Shown here: one piece after another, positions 53,944-63,256 of the stretch
Layout of the letters: each line of letters begins with the position of its first letter
Numbering within the stretch: the stretch's first letter is position 1
DNA from: an uncultured Actinomycetota bacterium
GTDB lineage: Bacteria > Actinomycetota > Actinomycetes > JACCUZ01
NCBI GenBank assembly: GCA_963757295.1
Contig: CAVWQZ010000007.1
Coordinates: 78,303-142,302, forward strand
Direction of reading: 5' to 3'
Length of the DNA stretch: 64,000 nucleotides
Notes under the pieces: generated by a model
Told to the model about the DNA's origin: nothing
Seen by the model: only the letters and a program-made list of their open reading frames with translations
The model's database searches: none
Translations under genes and position numbers: made by a program

Positions 53944-54356
53944 GCGGCTACGTGGTGTTCGTCATGAACGGCCGGGAGATGGCCGGTCAGCTCGGCGACG
54001 TGCGCGAGGTGGTCCGTGCCATCGGCATCGAGGCGCTGACCGGTGCGCGCGCTCCGGTCACCGGTCTGTTGACGCTGCGTGCCCTGCCGGTCCCCGTCGT
54101 GGACCTGCGCTCCGCGGCCGACCCCGGCGACACCGGTGACGTGCTCGTGCTCGCGCCGGACGTCGACGGCATCCTCGGCGTCGCTGTCGACAAGGTGCTG
54201 GCGATCCTCGGCCCGGACGAGCTGGTCCCCACCGACCCCGACGAGCCGAAGCCCAACGGGCTGCCTCCCTACGTGCTGGAAGTGCGACGCGACGCCGCCG
54301 GCAGAGCCGTCTTCATCGTTGCCCTTCGAGCGATGGCCGGTCTCGTCCCCGCCTGA
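53940..54356 (+). CDS. cheW: CheW-like coupling domain protein
   Basis: ATG 53940 overlaps the cheR stop (ATGA). MSGYVVFVMNGREMAGQLGDVREVVRAIGIEALTGARAPVTGLLTLRALPVPVVDLR...ILGVAVDKVLAIL... Confidence 0.75.
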   Translation: MSGYVVFVMNGREMAGQLGDVREVVRAIGIEALTGARAPVTGLLTLRALPVPVVDLRSAADPGDTGDVLVLAPDVDGILGVAVDKVLAILGPDELVPTDPDEPKPNGLPPYVLEVRRDAAGRAVFIVALRAMAGLVPA

Positions 54357-54378
54357 GCTGAGCGGCCCGCGCGCTACC

Positions 54379-55383
54379 GTGGGCGCGGTGGAGTACGTAG
54401 TCGGCGACGTGCCGGTGCATTACGTCGAGCACGGTGAAGGCTCACCTGTGCTCGCTCTGCACGGCGCGGGGGTCGACCACCGCGAGGTGATGGCCTGCCT
54501 GGACCCGGTGTTCGATGCGCTCACCGGATACCGGCGGATCTACCTGGACCTACCGGGCATGGGGCGGACCCCCGCTCCAGAGACGATCAGCAGTGCGGAC
54601 GACGTCCTCGAGGTCCTGCTGGCGTTCATCGACGGGGTCATCGGCGACCAGCCGCTGCTGGTGGCCGGACACTCGGCCGGCGGGTACTACGCGCAGGCGA
54701 TCGCCGGCCAAAGACCGGAGCAGGTGGTGGGGCTGGCGCTGCTGTGCCCGCTGCTGGCAGGCATCCACGACGTGCCCGAACACGAAGTCATCGTCAGTTC
54801 GGGCGACATCGGCGACGCCGAGTTCCGCGACTACTTCACGGTCCAGACAGCCGAGACTCTGGATCGATACGAGAGGTACGTCGAACCCGCTGCCCGGCTG
54901 GCCGACGAGTCCGCTCTTGCACGGATCGGTGAGCGGTGGGAACTCACCACCTGACCCCAGGAAAAGGCTCCGTACCGATGCCCCACGCTGCTGGTGACCG
55001 GTCGCCAGGACTCCACGGTCGGCTACTCACGGGCCTGGGAGCTGCTCGAGCAGTACCCACGCGCCACCTTCGCCGTCCTGGACCGGGCCGGTCATGCGCT
55101 CCCGCACGAGCAGCCCGAACTACTCCGCGCGCTGGTCACCGAATGGCTCGACCGGGTCCGCGAGCAGCCTCCTGCGAGGCAGTTGACTCAGGGGGTCATC
55201 ACGTTCGCGATGTCTGCGGCGACGTGCTCCCAGCTCCAGTGCCGTACCACCGCCGCGCGGGCTGCGGCCGAGATCTCCTGCCACTGCGGTCGCGGCAGGG
55301 ACACCAGCTCGCCGAGCTTGGCGGTCAGGTCGTCGACGTCACCGGTCTCGAACGACGCGAGATGCCGGTACGCCGCGGGGTAG
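54379..55383 (+). pseudogene. alpha/beta hydrolase with an in-frame TGA at 54952-54954; the true 3' end is probably near 55186
   Basis: VGAVEYVVGDVPVHYVEHGEGSPVLALHGAGVDH...nucleophile elbow VAGHSAGG...GERWELTT-TGA-PQEKAPYRCPTLLVTGRQDSTVGY...LDRAGHALPHEQPE. ORFs 54079..54954 and 54994..55383 are in the same frame. The tail overlaps the convergent GT gene by ~195 nt. Confidence 0.75.
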
Positions 55384-56445
55384 TCGACCTCGAGGGCTGC
55401 GGCGATCTCGGCCAGCCCTGAGTGCCGCGCCACCAACGGCGGCGACCCGCACGCGGCCGCCTCGGCAGCCACCATGCCGAACGCCTCGGGAAAGACCGAG
55501 GGGACAACGCTGACGTCCGCGAGCGGCCACAGGTGCGCGAGATGGCGGTGGTCGAGCGGTCCGGTGAAGAGCACGTTGTCGCCGGCCGTGCTCTCCAGCT
55601 CCGCGCGCGCCGGTCCGAAGCCCACGACGACGGTGCGCAGGTCGAGCCGCCGTGCTGCCTCGATCAGCAGCGAGACGCCCTTCTCGGCGCTGAGCTTCCC
55701 GACGTACACCGCGGTGGGCCTGTCGTCGGCGAAGAACGACGCGAACCGCGCTGCGTTGCCCTCGTCCGGGTGGCGGTAGTCGTGTCGACCCGGCGGGTTG
55801 GCAACGTCGCGTTCGGACTCCTCGATCAGGAGGCGCAGCGCAGTCGTGCGGTCCTCGGGCCGGAACTCCTCGACGTCCACGCCCGGTGGCCCGACCCGGA
55901 CCTGCTGCACGTAGTCGCCGGGCCCGACCACCTCGGTGAGCACCCGCACGATGTGCTCCGACCCCGCGATGACGGCGCGCGCGGAGGCGAGCGAGTCCCG
56001 CGCCCAGGCGCCGAGCTCGGGGTGCCCGCGCATCGAGAACTCCAGCTCGGAGCCGTGTGCCTTCACCGCGAACGGGAAGTCCGGACGCGGCGCCCACCGG
56101 TCCGCCGAGCAGCACGTGGTTCGCCAGCAGGAAGTCGGCCGGCATCTGCTCGCGCACCGCGGCCGCGTTGGCGGCCACGTAGTCGTCCAGCTCGGCGCGG
56201 TCCATGTCCTGCAGGAGACGGGGCCGGACCGCCTCGTAGTTGTCGAGCACGAAGACCGGCAGGTGCGGGCCGATGTCAGGCCGTACGACGTGCGCCCCAC
56301 CCAGGTCGTAGCGCTCCGGGTGGCGGTCCTGGCAGAGGACGACCACCTCGTGGCCCTGCTTGCTCCACGCCCGCGCGAGCGAGCGCGTGTAGACGTTGGA
56401 GCCGGTGCCGCCCAGGAGGTAGCCGTGCCAGATGAGGATCTTCAT
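55188..56445 (-). CDS. glycosyltransferase family 4 protein; frame break near 56080
   Basis: MKILIWHGYLLGGTGSNVYTRSLARAWSKQGHEVVVLCQ...LLANHVLLGGPVGAA | DFPFAVKAHGSELEF...VGKLSAEKGV...PSVFPEAFGMVAAEAAACG (ORFs 55339..56445 plus 55188..56300). Confidence 0.85.
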
Positions 56446-56462
56446 GTGGCCGCGCGGGCGGC

Positions 56463-57548
56463 TCAGACGTAGCGCTCGAGGATCGAGGACTCAGCCAGCC
56501 GGGACAGCCCCTCGCGGACGCTGCGGGCCCGGGACTCGCCGACACCCTCCACGGCCTGGAGGTCGTCGATGCTGGCGGCGAGCAGCTTCTGCAGGCTGCC
56601 GAAGTGCCCGACCAGCCGGTCGACGACCAGCGGTGGCAGCCGCGGCACCCGGGCCAGCAGCCGGAAGCCGCGCGGGCTCACGGGCAGGTCCAGGCTCTCG
56701 TCGCCGCCGTGCCCGAGGGCTCGGGCGACCGACCCGAGGTCGAGCAGGTCGGTGGGGGACAGCTCGTCGAGTGCGCCCAGGACGTCGGCGACGGTGCGCG
56801 ACCGGCGCCCGGTCGCCGTCGGCAGGTAGTCGCGCGCGATCAGCTCGCGGTCCTCGCCCACCCCGGCGATCAGCTCGTCGAGCTGGAGGGTGAGCAGCCG
56901 CCCGTCGGTGCCCAGCTCCACGACGTACCCCTCGATCTCGTCCGCGATGCGGCGAACCATCTCGAGGCGCTGCGCGACCGCGCACACGTCACGCACGGTG
57001 ACCAGGTCCTCGATCTCCAGCGCGGACAGGGTGCCGGACACCTCGTCGAGGCGCAGCTTGTAGCGCTCGAGCGTGGCCAGCGCCTGGTTGGCCCGCGACA
57101 GGATCTGGGTGGAGTCCTCGAGGACGTAGCGCTCGCCGTTGACGTAGATCGCGATGATGCTCATCGACTGGCTGACCGAGATCACCGGCAGGTCGGTCTG
57201 CTTGTTGACCCGGTCCGCGGTGCGGTGCCGGGTGCCGGACTCGTCGGTGGGGATCTGCGGGTCGGGCACGAGCTGGACCGCGGCGCGCACGATCTTGGTG
57301 CAGTCGCCGTCGACGACGATGCCGCCGTCCATCTTGGCCAGCTCGCGCAGCCGGGTCGCGCTGAAGTCGACGTCGAGGACGAACCCGCCCGTGCTCAGCG
57401 CCTCGACCGTCTTGTCCCAGCCGACGACGATCAGCGCGCCGGTGCCGCCGCGCAGGATGCGCTCGAGACCGTCGCGGAGGGGGGTGCCGGGAGCCATCCA
57501 CGCGAGGATGGTGCGCAGCGAATCGTCGGACCGCTCGGTGGATACCAA
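56463..57548 (-). CDS. disA: DNA integrity scanning protein / diadenylate cyclase DisA
   Basis: Intact 361-aa ORF with TTG start and GGGGAG RBS. DAC domain ([21 protein letters not shown]), linker, C-terminal HhH (…[19 protein letters not shown]…). Confidence 0.92.
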   Translation of the reverse strand: MVSTERSDDSLRTILAWMAPGTPLRDGLERILRGGTGALIVVGWDKTVEALSTGGFVLDVDFSATRLRELAKMDGGIVVDGDCTKIVRAAVQLVPDPQIPTDESGTRHRTADRVNKQTDLPVISVSQSMSIIAIYVNGERYVLEDSTQILSRANQALATLERYKLRLDEVSGTLSALEIEDLVTVRDVCAVAQRLEMVRRIADEIEGYVVELGTDGRLLTLQLDELIAGVGEDRELIARDYLPTATGRRSRTVADVLGALDELSPTDLLDLGSVARALGHGGDESLDLPVSPRGFRLLARVPRLPPLVVDRLVGHFGSLQKLLAASIDDLQAVEGVGESRARSVREGLSRLAESSILERYV

Positions 57549-57647
57549 CTCGTTACTCCCCAGCGTCGGATGATCACCCCGAGTCTATCGGCCCGCCTGC
57601 ACAGTTCCCCGCGCCGCGGAAGCCGTGACCAAGACGTCACCTGGCGT

Positions 57648-59043
57648 TCAGAGCGGTGAGGCGGCCGCGGCTCGGCGTACGGCGTCGACGCTGGCCGCGA
57701 CATCGTCGGCGTCGGTCGACCAGTTGCTGACCGAGACCCGCAGCACATCGCGGCCCTGCCACCGCGAGCCCGACATCCAGGCGGTGCCGTCGGCGAGCAG
57801 TCGCTGGGTCACGTCGCGGGTCCGCTCGTCGGACCCGAACGCCACGGACACCTGGGTGTAGACGACGTCGTTGAGGATCTCGGCCGTCGGGATCGACGCG
57901 ATGCCGTCGGCGATGGCATGGGCGTTGGCGACCAGGCCGTCGACCAGGTCGGTCACCCCGGACCGGCCCAGCGACCGCAGCGCCGCCCAGACGGGCACCC
58001 CGCGAGCCCGCCGGGAGAGCTCGGGGCCCTTGTCGAACGGGTCGCCCTTGGGGTCCGGGTTGATGAAGTAGCTGCGCCTGCACGCTGAAAGCGGCCCGCA
58101 GCGGCGCGGGGTCGCGCACGATCGCGATGCCGCAGTCGTACGGCGTGTTGAGGGTCTTGTGCGCATCGGTCGTCCAGGAGTCGGCCCGGTCGAGGCCCTC
58201 GACCAGGTGGCGCAGCTGTGGCGATGCTGCCGCCCAGAGCCCGAAGGCGCCGTCCACGTGCACCCAGGCGCCCTTCTCGTGCGCCAGGTCGGAGCACTCG
58301 CCGATCGGGTCGAAGGCACCGGAGTGCAGGTTGCCCGCCTGGAGCGCGACGATCGTCGGGCCGTCGGCACGGTCCAGCGCCTCGGCGAGCGCATCCGGGC
58401 GGATCCGGCCCTGCTCGTCGGCCGCGACCGTCGTCGGCAGCCCGAGCCCGAGGTAGCGCAGCGTCAGGTCGATGGTCGAGTGCCGGTCCTCCCCGACGAG
58501 CACGGTGACCCGCGGGGCGCCGGTCAGCCCGTCACGGTTGAGGTCCCACCCCGCGGCCGTCAGGACCTGCTGCCGTCCCGCGGACAGGCCGGTGAAGTTC
58601 GCCATCGTCGCGCCGGTGACGAACCCGACGTCGGACGTCTTCGGCAGCCCGAGCAGGTCGAGCAGCCAGGCGGCGGCGGCCTCTTCGGTTCCGGTCGTGC
58701 CCGGCGTCGCGAAGCGCATGCCGGTGTTCTGGTCCCACGCGCTGACCAGCCAGTCGGCGCCGAGTGCGGCGGGCAGCGTGCCGCCGATCACCCAGCCGAA
58801 GAACCGGCCCGACGGCATCGCCATCAGACCCGGCTCGATGCGCTCGGCGAGCAGGTCGATGACCTCGGCGGGGTCGGTGGGGCCGTCGGGCAGGTCTCCG
58901 CCCAGGGCCTCGACGATGTCGTCACAGGTGCTCTTCGGTGGGACGGTCCGGGTGGGCACGTCGCTGAGCCAGGCACGGGCGTGGGCGGCGGCGCGGTCGA
59001 GGACGGCGTCGTAGAGATCAGGTCGGGCGCTCATGCCAGACAC
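57648..59043 (-). CDS. pyridoxal-phosphate-dependent (group II-like) decarboxylase; frame break near 58075
   Basis: ORF 57637..59043 N-part (…GGTMANFTGL…, HVDGAFG, SWTTDAHKTLNTPYDCG) plus the ORF 57648..58394 C-part (…SYFINPDPKGDPFDKGPELSRRARGVPVWAALRSLGRSG…). Alternative start ATG 59034. Confidence 0.8.
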
Positions 59044-59130
59044 TCTGCCCGATGAGTTCGGCCGGTGCGGCAGGTCTAACCACTCGACGACGCAACAGCG
59101 AGATCGCGAGCTGGCGAGGAGGGCCCGATC

Positions 59131-59400
59131 ATGGACAAGAAGTTCACCGCGACCCTGGTGAAGAGCCCGAGCAAGGGCGGCTGGACGTACGTCGTGTGGC
59201 CCGAGTCAGCGGCGTTCTTCGGCACCCGCGGCCTGGTCAAGGTGGCCGGCACCATCGACGGCCACGCCTTCCGCAGCTCGTTCATGGCGATGGGCGACGG
59301 CACGCACAAGCTGCCGGTCAAGGCCGACGTCCGCAAGGCGATCGGGAAGCAGGCCGGAGACGAGGTCACGGTCCGGCTGAAGGAGCGGATCGAGGACTGA
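59131..59400 (+). CDS. DUF1905 domain protein
   Basis: Intact 89-aa [73 protein letters not shown]. Confidence 0.75.
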   Translation: MDKKFTATLVKSPSKGGWTYVVWPESAAFFGTRGLVKVAGTIDGHAFRSSFMAMGDGTHKLPVKADVRKAIGKQAGDEVTVRLKERIED

Positions 59401-59405
59401 GCGCG

Positions 59406-60794
59406 TCAGCTCCGGCTGGTCAGCGGGATCACCGTGGCGCTGCGCCAGGCCACGTGCAGGGCGCGACGGATGTCGCCCACCTCGACCACCGTCATGCCGG
59501 CCGGCACGACTCCCGGGTCGCGGGGCACCAGCGCCGTGGTGAAGCCCAGCCGGGCGGCCTCGGCCAGCCGGCTGGCGACACCGGTGACCGGCCGGATCTC
59601 GCCGGCCAGACCCACCTCGCCGATCGCGATCAGGCCCGGCGCGAGCGCGTGGTCCTTGGCCGCACTCGCGACCGTGAGGGCCAGCGCGAGATCGGTGGCC
59701 GGCTCGACCAGGCGCATCCCGCCCACGGTCGCGGCGTAGACGTCGCGGTCGTGCAGCGAGATCTCGGCACGGCGCTCGAGGACGGCGAGCACCATGGCGA
59801 CCCGGCTCGAGTCGAGCCCGCTCGTCGTACGACGCGGGTTGGCCAGCGGCGACCGGGCGACCAGCGCCTGCAGCTCAGCGACCAGTGGCCGCCGACCCTC
59901 GACGGTGACGGTCACGCAGGTGCCCGGGACCGCCTCGTCGCGACGGGACAGGAACAGCCCGCTCGGGTCGGGCAGCCCGACGATGCCGGCCTCGGACAGC
60001 TCGAAGCAGCCGACCTCGTCGGAGGGGCCGTAGCGGTTCTTGATGCCGCGCACCATGCGCAGCCGGGACTGGCGGTCGCCCTCGAAGTGGAGCACGACGT
60101 CGACGATGTGCTCCAGGACGCGCGGGCCGGCGATCGAGCCGTCCTTGGTGACGTGTCCCACCAGCACGACGGCGATGCCGCGCTCCTTGGCGACCCTGAT
60201 CAGCGCGGCCGCGACCTCGCGCACCTGGCTGACGTTGCCCGGCGAGCCGTCGACCTGGGCGCTGGCGATGGTCTGCACGGAGTCGACGACGAGCAGGTCG
60301 GGGCGCACCTCGTCGACGTGGCCGAGCACCGCGGCCAGGTCGGTCTCGGCGGCGAGGTAGAGACCGTCACGCACCGCGTCGATGCGCTCGGCCCGCAGCC
60401 GCACCTGCGCGGCCGACTCCTCACCGGTGACGTAGAGCGCCCGGCCGGACTCAGCGAAGCGCGCGGCGACGTCGAGCAGCAGCGTCGACTTGCCCACCCC
60501 GGGCTCGCCGGCGAGCAGGACCACGGCACCCGGGACCAGCCCGCCACCGAGCACCCGGTCGAGCTCGTCCACACCCGACGGTCGGCTGGAGCTGGTCGCC
60601 ATGTCGACCGAGCCGATCGGCTGGGCGGCCGCGCTGACCGGGCCGGCCGACGTCGTACGGACGATCGGCGCCGCGGTGTCCTCGACCGTGCCCCAGGCCT
60701 GGCACTCGCCGCACCGCCCGACCCACTTGGCCGCGTGCCAGCCGCACTCGGCGCATCGGTAGGCGGGCCGCTCGCGCACTGCTGACTTGGCCAT
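59406..60794 (-). CDS. radA: DNA repair protein RadA
   Basis: Intact 462-aa ORF. Zn finger YRCAECGWHAAKWVGRCGECQAWG, Walker A GEPGVGKST, KNRYG motif, Lon-like C-domain. Confidence 0.95.
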   Translation of the reverse strand: MAKSAVRERPAYRCAECGWHAAKWVGRCGECQAWGTVEDTAAPIVRTTSAGPVSAAAQPIGSVDMATSSSRPSGVDELDRVLGGGLVPGAVVLLAGEPGVGKSTLLLDVAARFAESGRALYVTGEESAAQVRLRAERIDAVRDGLYLAAETDLAAVLGHVDEVRPDLLVVDSVQTIASAQVDGSPGNVSQVREVAAALIRVAKERGIAVVLVGHVTKDGSIAGPRVLEHIVDVVLHFEGDRQSRLRMVRGIKNRYGPSDEVGCFELSEAGIVGLPDPSGLFLSRRDEAVPGTCVTVTVEGRRPLVAELQALVARSPLANPRRTTSGLDSSRVAMVLAVLERRAEISLHDRDVYAATVGGMRLVEPATDLALALTVASAAKDHALAPGLIAIGEVGLAGEIRPVTGVASRLAEAARLGFTTALVPRDPGVVPAGMTVVEVGDIRRALHVAWRSATVIPLTSRS

Positions 60795-60800
60795 GGTCGC

Positions 60801-60823
60801 GAGGCTAGATGCCGCTGCCGACA
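60801..60823 (-). promoter_or_regulatory. RecA-NDp/PafBC-type promoter motif for radA (cTGTCGGca-N8-TAGCCT), predicting a leaderless mRNA
   Basis: The minus strand reads CCTGTCGGCAGCGGCATCTAGCCTCGCGACC-ATG. It matches tTGTCRgtg-N8-TAnnnT in the TGTCR core, spacing and -10. The -10 ends 7 nt before the ATG. Confidence 0.55.
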
Positions 60824-60864
60824 GGTCGTCGGCACCACGCGGGTCGTCCCGGCGCGGTCTGTCG

Positions 60865-61566
60865 TCAGGGCCGCTGGAAGGACTCCTCGACCAGCCCCTC
60901 GCGCAGGAAGCTCTCGCCCAGAGCGGCCACGAGGGGCTCCACCTGGCTGGTCTGGGCCCGGATGGCGTTCAGCTTGGCCTCGAGGAGCTCGCCCTCGAAG
61001 ACGGCGTGGATCACGAGCTGGTCCACCGGCGTGCACGGGGGTTCGGCGCCCATGAAGACGTTGACCCGGTCCAGCGGCTCGCGGAACTTCGCCAGCCACT
61101 CGGGGGTGTTCGTGGCGTAGGCCAGCAGGGCGTCCGGCGCCGCCTCCGCGTGCGCAGCCGTGGTCCACCGCCCGACGCTGATGTGGTCGGGGTGCCCGGT
61201 CATCCCGTCCGGCCCGAACGTGAGCACGGTGTCGGGCCGGACGCCCTCCATGATGCGGGTCAGCACGTTGATCGCCTGGCCGTCGTTGATCTCGGCGCAG
61301 TGCCCGTCCGGGTAGTCCAGCCACTGGTGCTCGGTGACTCCGAGCACCGCGAGCGCCCGCTCCATCTCGGCGGTTCGTACGGCGGCCAGCGGTGGGCCGG
61401 ACGGCCAGCGCTTCTCGTCGGGGGAGCCGAGCTCGCCCCGGGTGGCGGTGACGCAGACGACGCGCGAGCCGTTGCGGACGGCGCGGGCCATCAGCCCGCC
61501 GCAGAGCCAGGTCTCGTCATCGGGGTGCGCCCAGATGCCGAGGATGGTGCCCAACTCGTCGGCCAC
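60865..61566 (-). CDS. PIG-L/LmbE family N-acetylglucosaminyl deacetylase-like protein
   Basis: Last 233 aa of track ORF 60865..62232: VADELGTILGIWAHPDDETWLCGGLMA...TFGPDGMTGHPDHISVGRW.... GTG 61566. Confidence 0.8.
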   Translation of the reverse strand: MADELGTILGIWAHPDDETWLCGGLMARAVRNGSRVVCVTATRGELGSPDEKRWPSGPPLAAVRTAEMERALAVLGVTEHQWLDYPDGHCAEINDGQAINVLTRIMEGVRPDTVLTFGPDGMTGHPDHISVGRWTTAAHAEAAPDALLAYATNTPEWLAKFREPLDRVNVFMGAEPPCTPVDQLVIHAVFEGELLEAKLNAIRAQTSQVEPLVAALGESFLREGLVEESFQRP

Positions 61567-61577
61567 GGTGAGAAAAC

Positions 61578-62334
61578 CTAGACCCGTCGAGGCCGCGGCG
61601 CACCCTTCTTGGGGTCGGCCGGATGCGGAGCCGGCCGGCGCCGGGCTGCGATCCGCTCCTCGCAGTGCCGCTCGAGCTCGTCGTAGGCCTTCTGGCCCAT
61701 CAGCTCCACCAGCTCCGGCCGCAGCGACACGTAGACCGGCTCGACGGCGACGTGCGCCTCGGTGTTCGCGGTGCAGTACCAGTCCAGGTCGTGCCCGCCC
61801 GGCCCCCACCCGCGCCGGTCGTACTCCGCGATCGTGACGATCAGCTTCTCGGTGGTGTCGGGGCGCTCGACCCGGTCGTAGGTGCGCCGGATCGGCAGCT
61901 GCCAGCAGACGTCGGGCTTGGTCTCCAGCGGGTGCAGCCCCTCGCGCAGCGCCAGCCCGTGCAGGGCGCAGCCCGCGCCGCCCGGGAAGTCGGGCCGGTT
62001 GGCGAAGATGCAGGCACCGTCGACCACCCTGGTCTTGCGGTCGCCGTCCTCGTCCTTCTCGGTCCACTTCTTCGGGTCGTAGTGCTGCCACGTCTCCGGC
62101 GTCAGCTGCTTGACGAAGCCCTTGACCCGCTTCTCGTCGTCCTTGTCGGAGAAGTGCGCACCGAGGGTGCAGCAGCCGACGTCGGGGGGCTGGTCCTTGT
62201 AGATCCCCGCGCAGCCGTTGCCGAAGATGCACGTCCAGCTCGACGTCAGCCAGGTCAGGTCACAGCGGAACGACCTGCTCGTCATCGGCCGGGTCGTCGA
62301 ACTCGACCCACATGCGGGGGAAGTCAAGGCTCAC
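61578..62334 (-). CDS. conserved Cys-rich hypothetical protein; frame break near 62278
   Basis: [21 protein letters not shown] | [40 protein letters not shown]...[20 protein letters not shown]...[10 protein letters not shown]... (ORF 61578..62327). One extra G in CAGGTC(G)TTCCGC. Confidence 0.7.
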
Positions 62335-62423
62335 TTCGGGCACGACTCCACCCTAAGCCGCGCCGCTACGGTCCGCGCGCCGACAGCCCGATGAGTTCAC
62401 ATGACGGTCCTATGGTTGTCGCT

Positions 62424-63249
62424 ATGAACGCGGTCGTGCGGGTGCCTCGGGCGAAGGTCGCCCTCTCGACCGCGTCGTGCTACCCCGAGTCCTGCACCAC
62501 GGCGTTCGAGATGGCGGCCGACCTCGGCTTCGACGGTGTCGAGGTGATGGTGTGGACCGACCCGGTCAGCCAGGACCCCGAGGCGCTGCGCGGTCTGTCC
62601 GACCGGTTCGCCATGCCCATCCTCGCGATCCACGCCCCGTGCCTGCTGCTGACCCAGCGGGTGTGGAGCACCGACCCGTGGGCCAAGCTGCTCCGCGCCA
62701 AGGAGGCGTCCGAGCGGGTCGGCGCGTCGACGGTCGTCGTGCACCCGCCGTTCCTGTGGCAGCGGGAGTACGCCCGCGGGTTCGCCGACGGGCTGGCCCG
62801 GATGCAGGACGAGACCGACGTCGTCTTCGCGGTCGAGAACATGTTCCCGTGGCGGGCCCGTGGCCGGGAGATCGCGGCCTACCTGCCGCACTGGGACCCG
62901 GTGCGAGCTCGGCTACCCGTCGGTGACCCTGGACCTGTCGCACACCGCCGTGTCCGGCACCGACGCCGTCGCGTCGATCGACGCGCTCGGCGACCGGCTC
63001 GCCCACGTGCACCTGGCCGACGGCGTCGGCTCGAACAAGGACGAGCACCTCGTGCCCGGCCGCGGCGCCCAGCCCTGCGCGGAGGTGCTCGAGCGCCTGG
63101 CGATCGACGGGTTCGACGGCACGGTGGTGCTGGAGATCAACACCCGGCGCGCCACCAACCGTGACAACCGGGAGGCTGACCTCGCCGAGGGGCTCGCGTT
63201 CGCCCGCCTCAACCTCGCGTCGCCCGCCGTACGCGATGGCATCGGGTGA
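62424..63249 (+). CDS. sugar phosphate isomerase/epimerase (xylose-isomerase-like TIM barrel); frame break near 62905
   Basis: [22 protein letters not shown]...[10 protein letters not shown]...AIHAPC...VVVHPPF...FAVENMFPW... (in the frame of ORF 61623..63164), plus ...[18 protein letters not shown]...HVHLADG...VVLEINT... (ORF 62860..63249). Confidence 0.8.
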
Positions 63250-63256
63250 CCTGGCG

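Noticed and set aside
54952-54954. The in-frame TGA as selenocysteine or programmed read-through.
   Set aside because: No SECIS-like hairpin immediately downstream that I can see, no sel genes in the window, the position is not a catalytic Cys site, and the contig is riddled with errors.
57582-57610. A second PafBC/RecA-NDp motif upstream of disA (cTGTGCagg-N8-TAGACT).
   Set aside because: Only the TGT and the -10 hexamer match (about 4/9 in the upstream element), so it is kept only as a generic -10 candidate.
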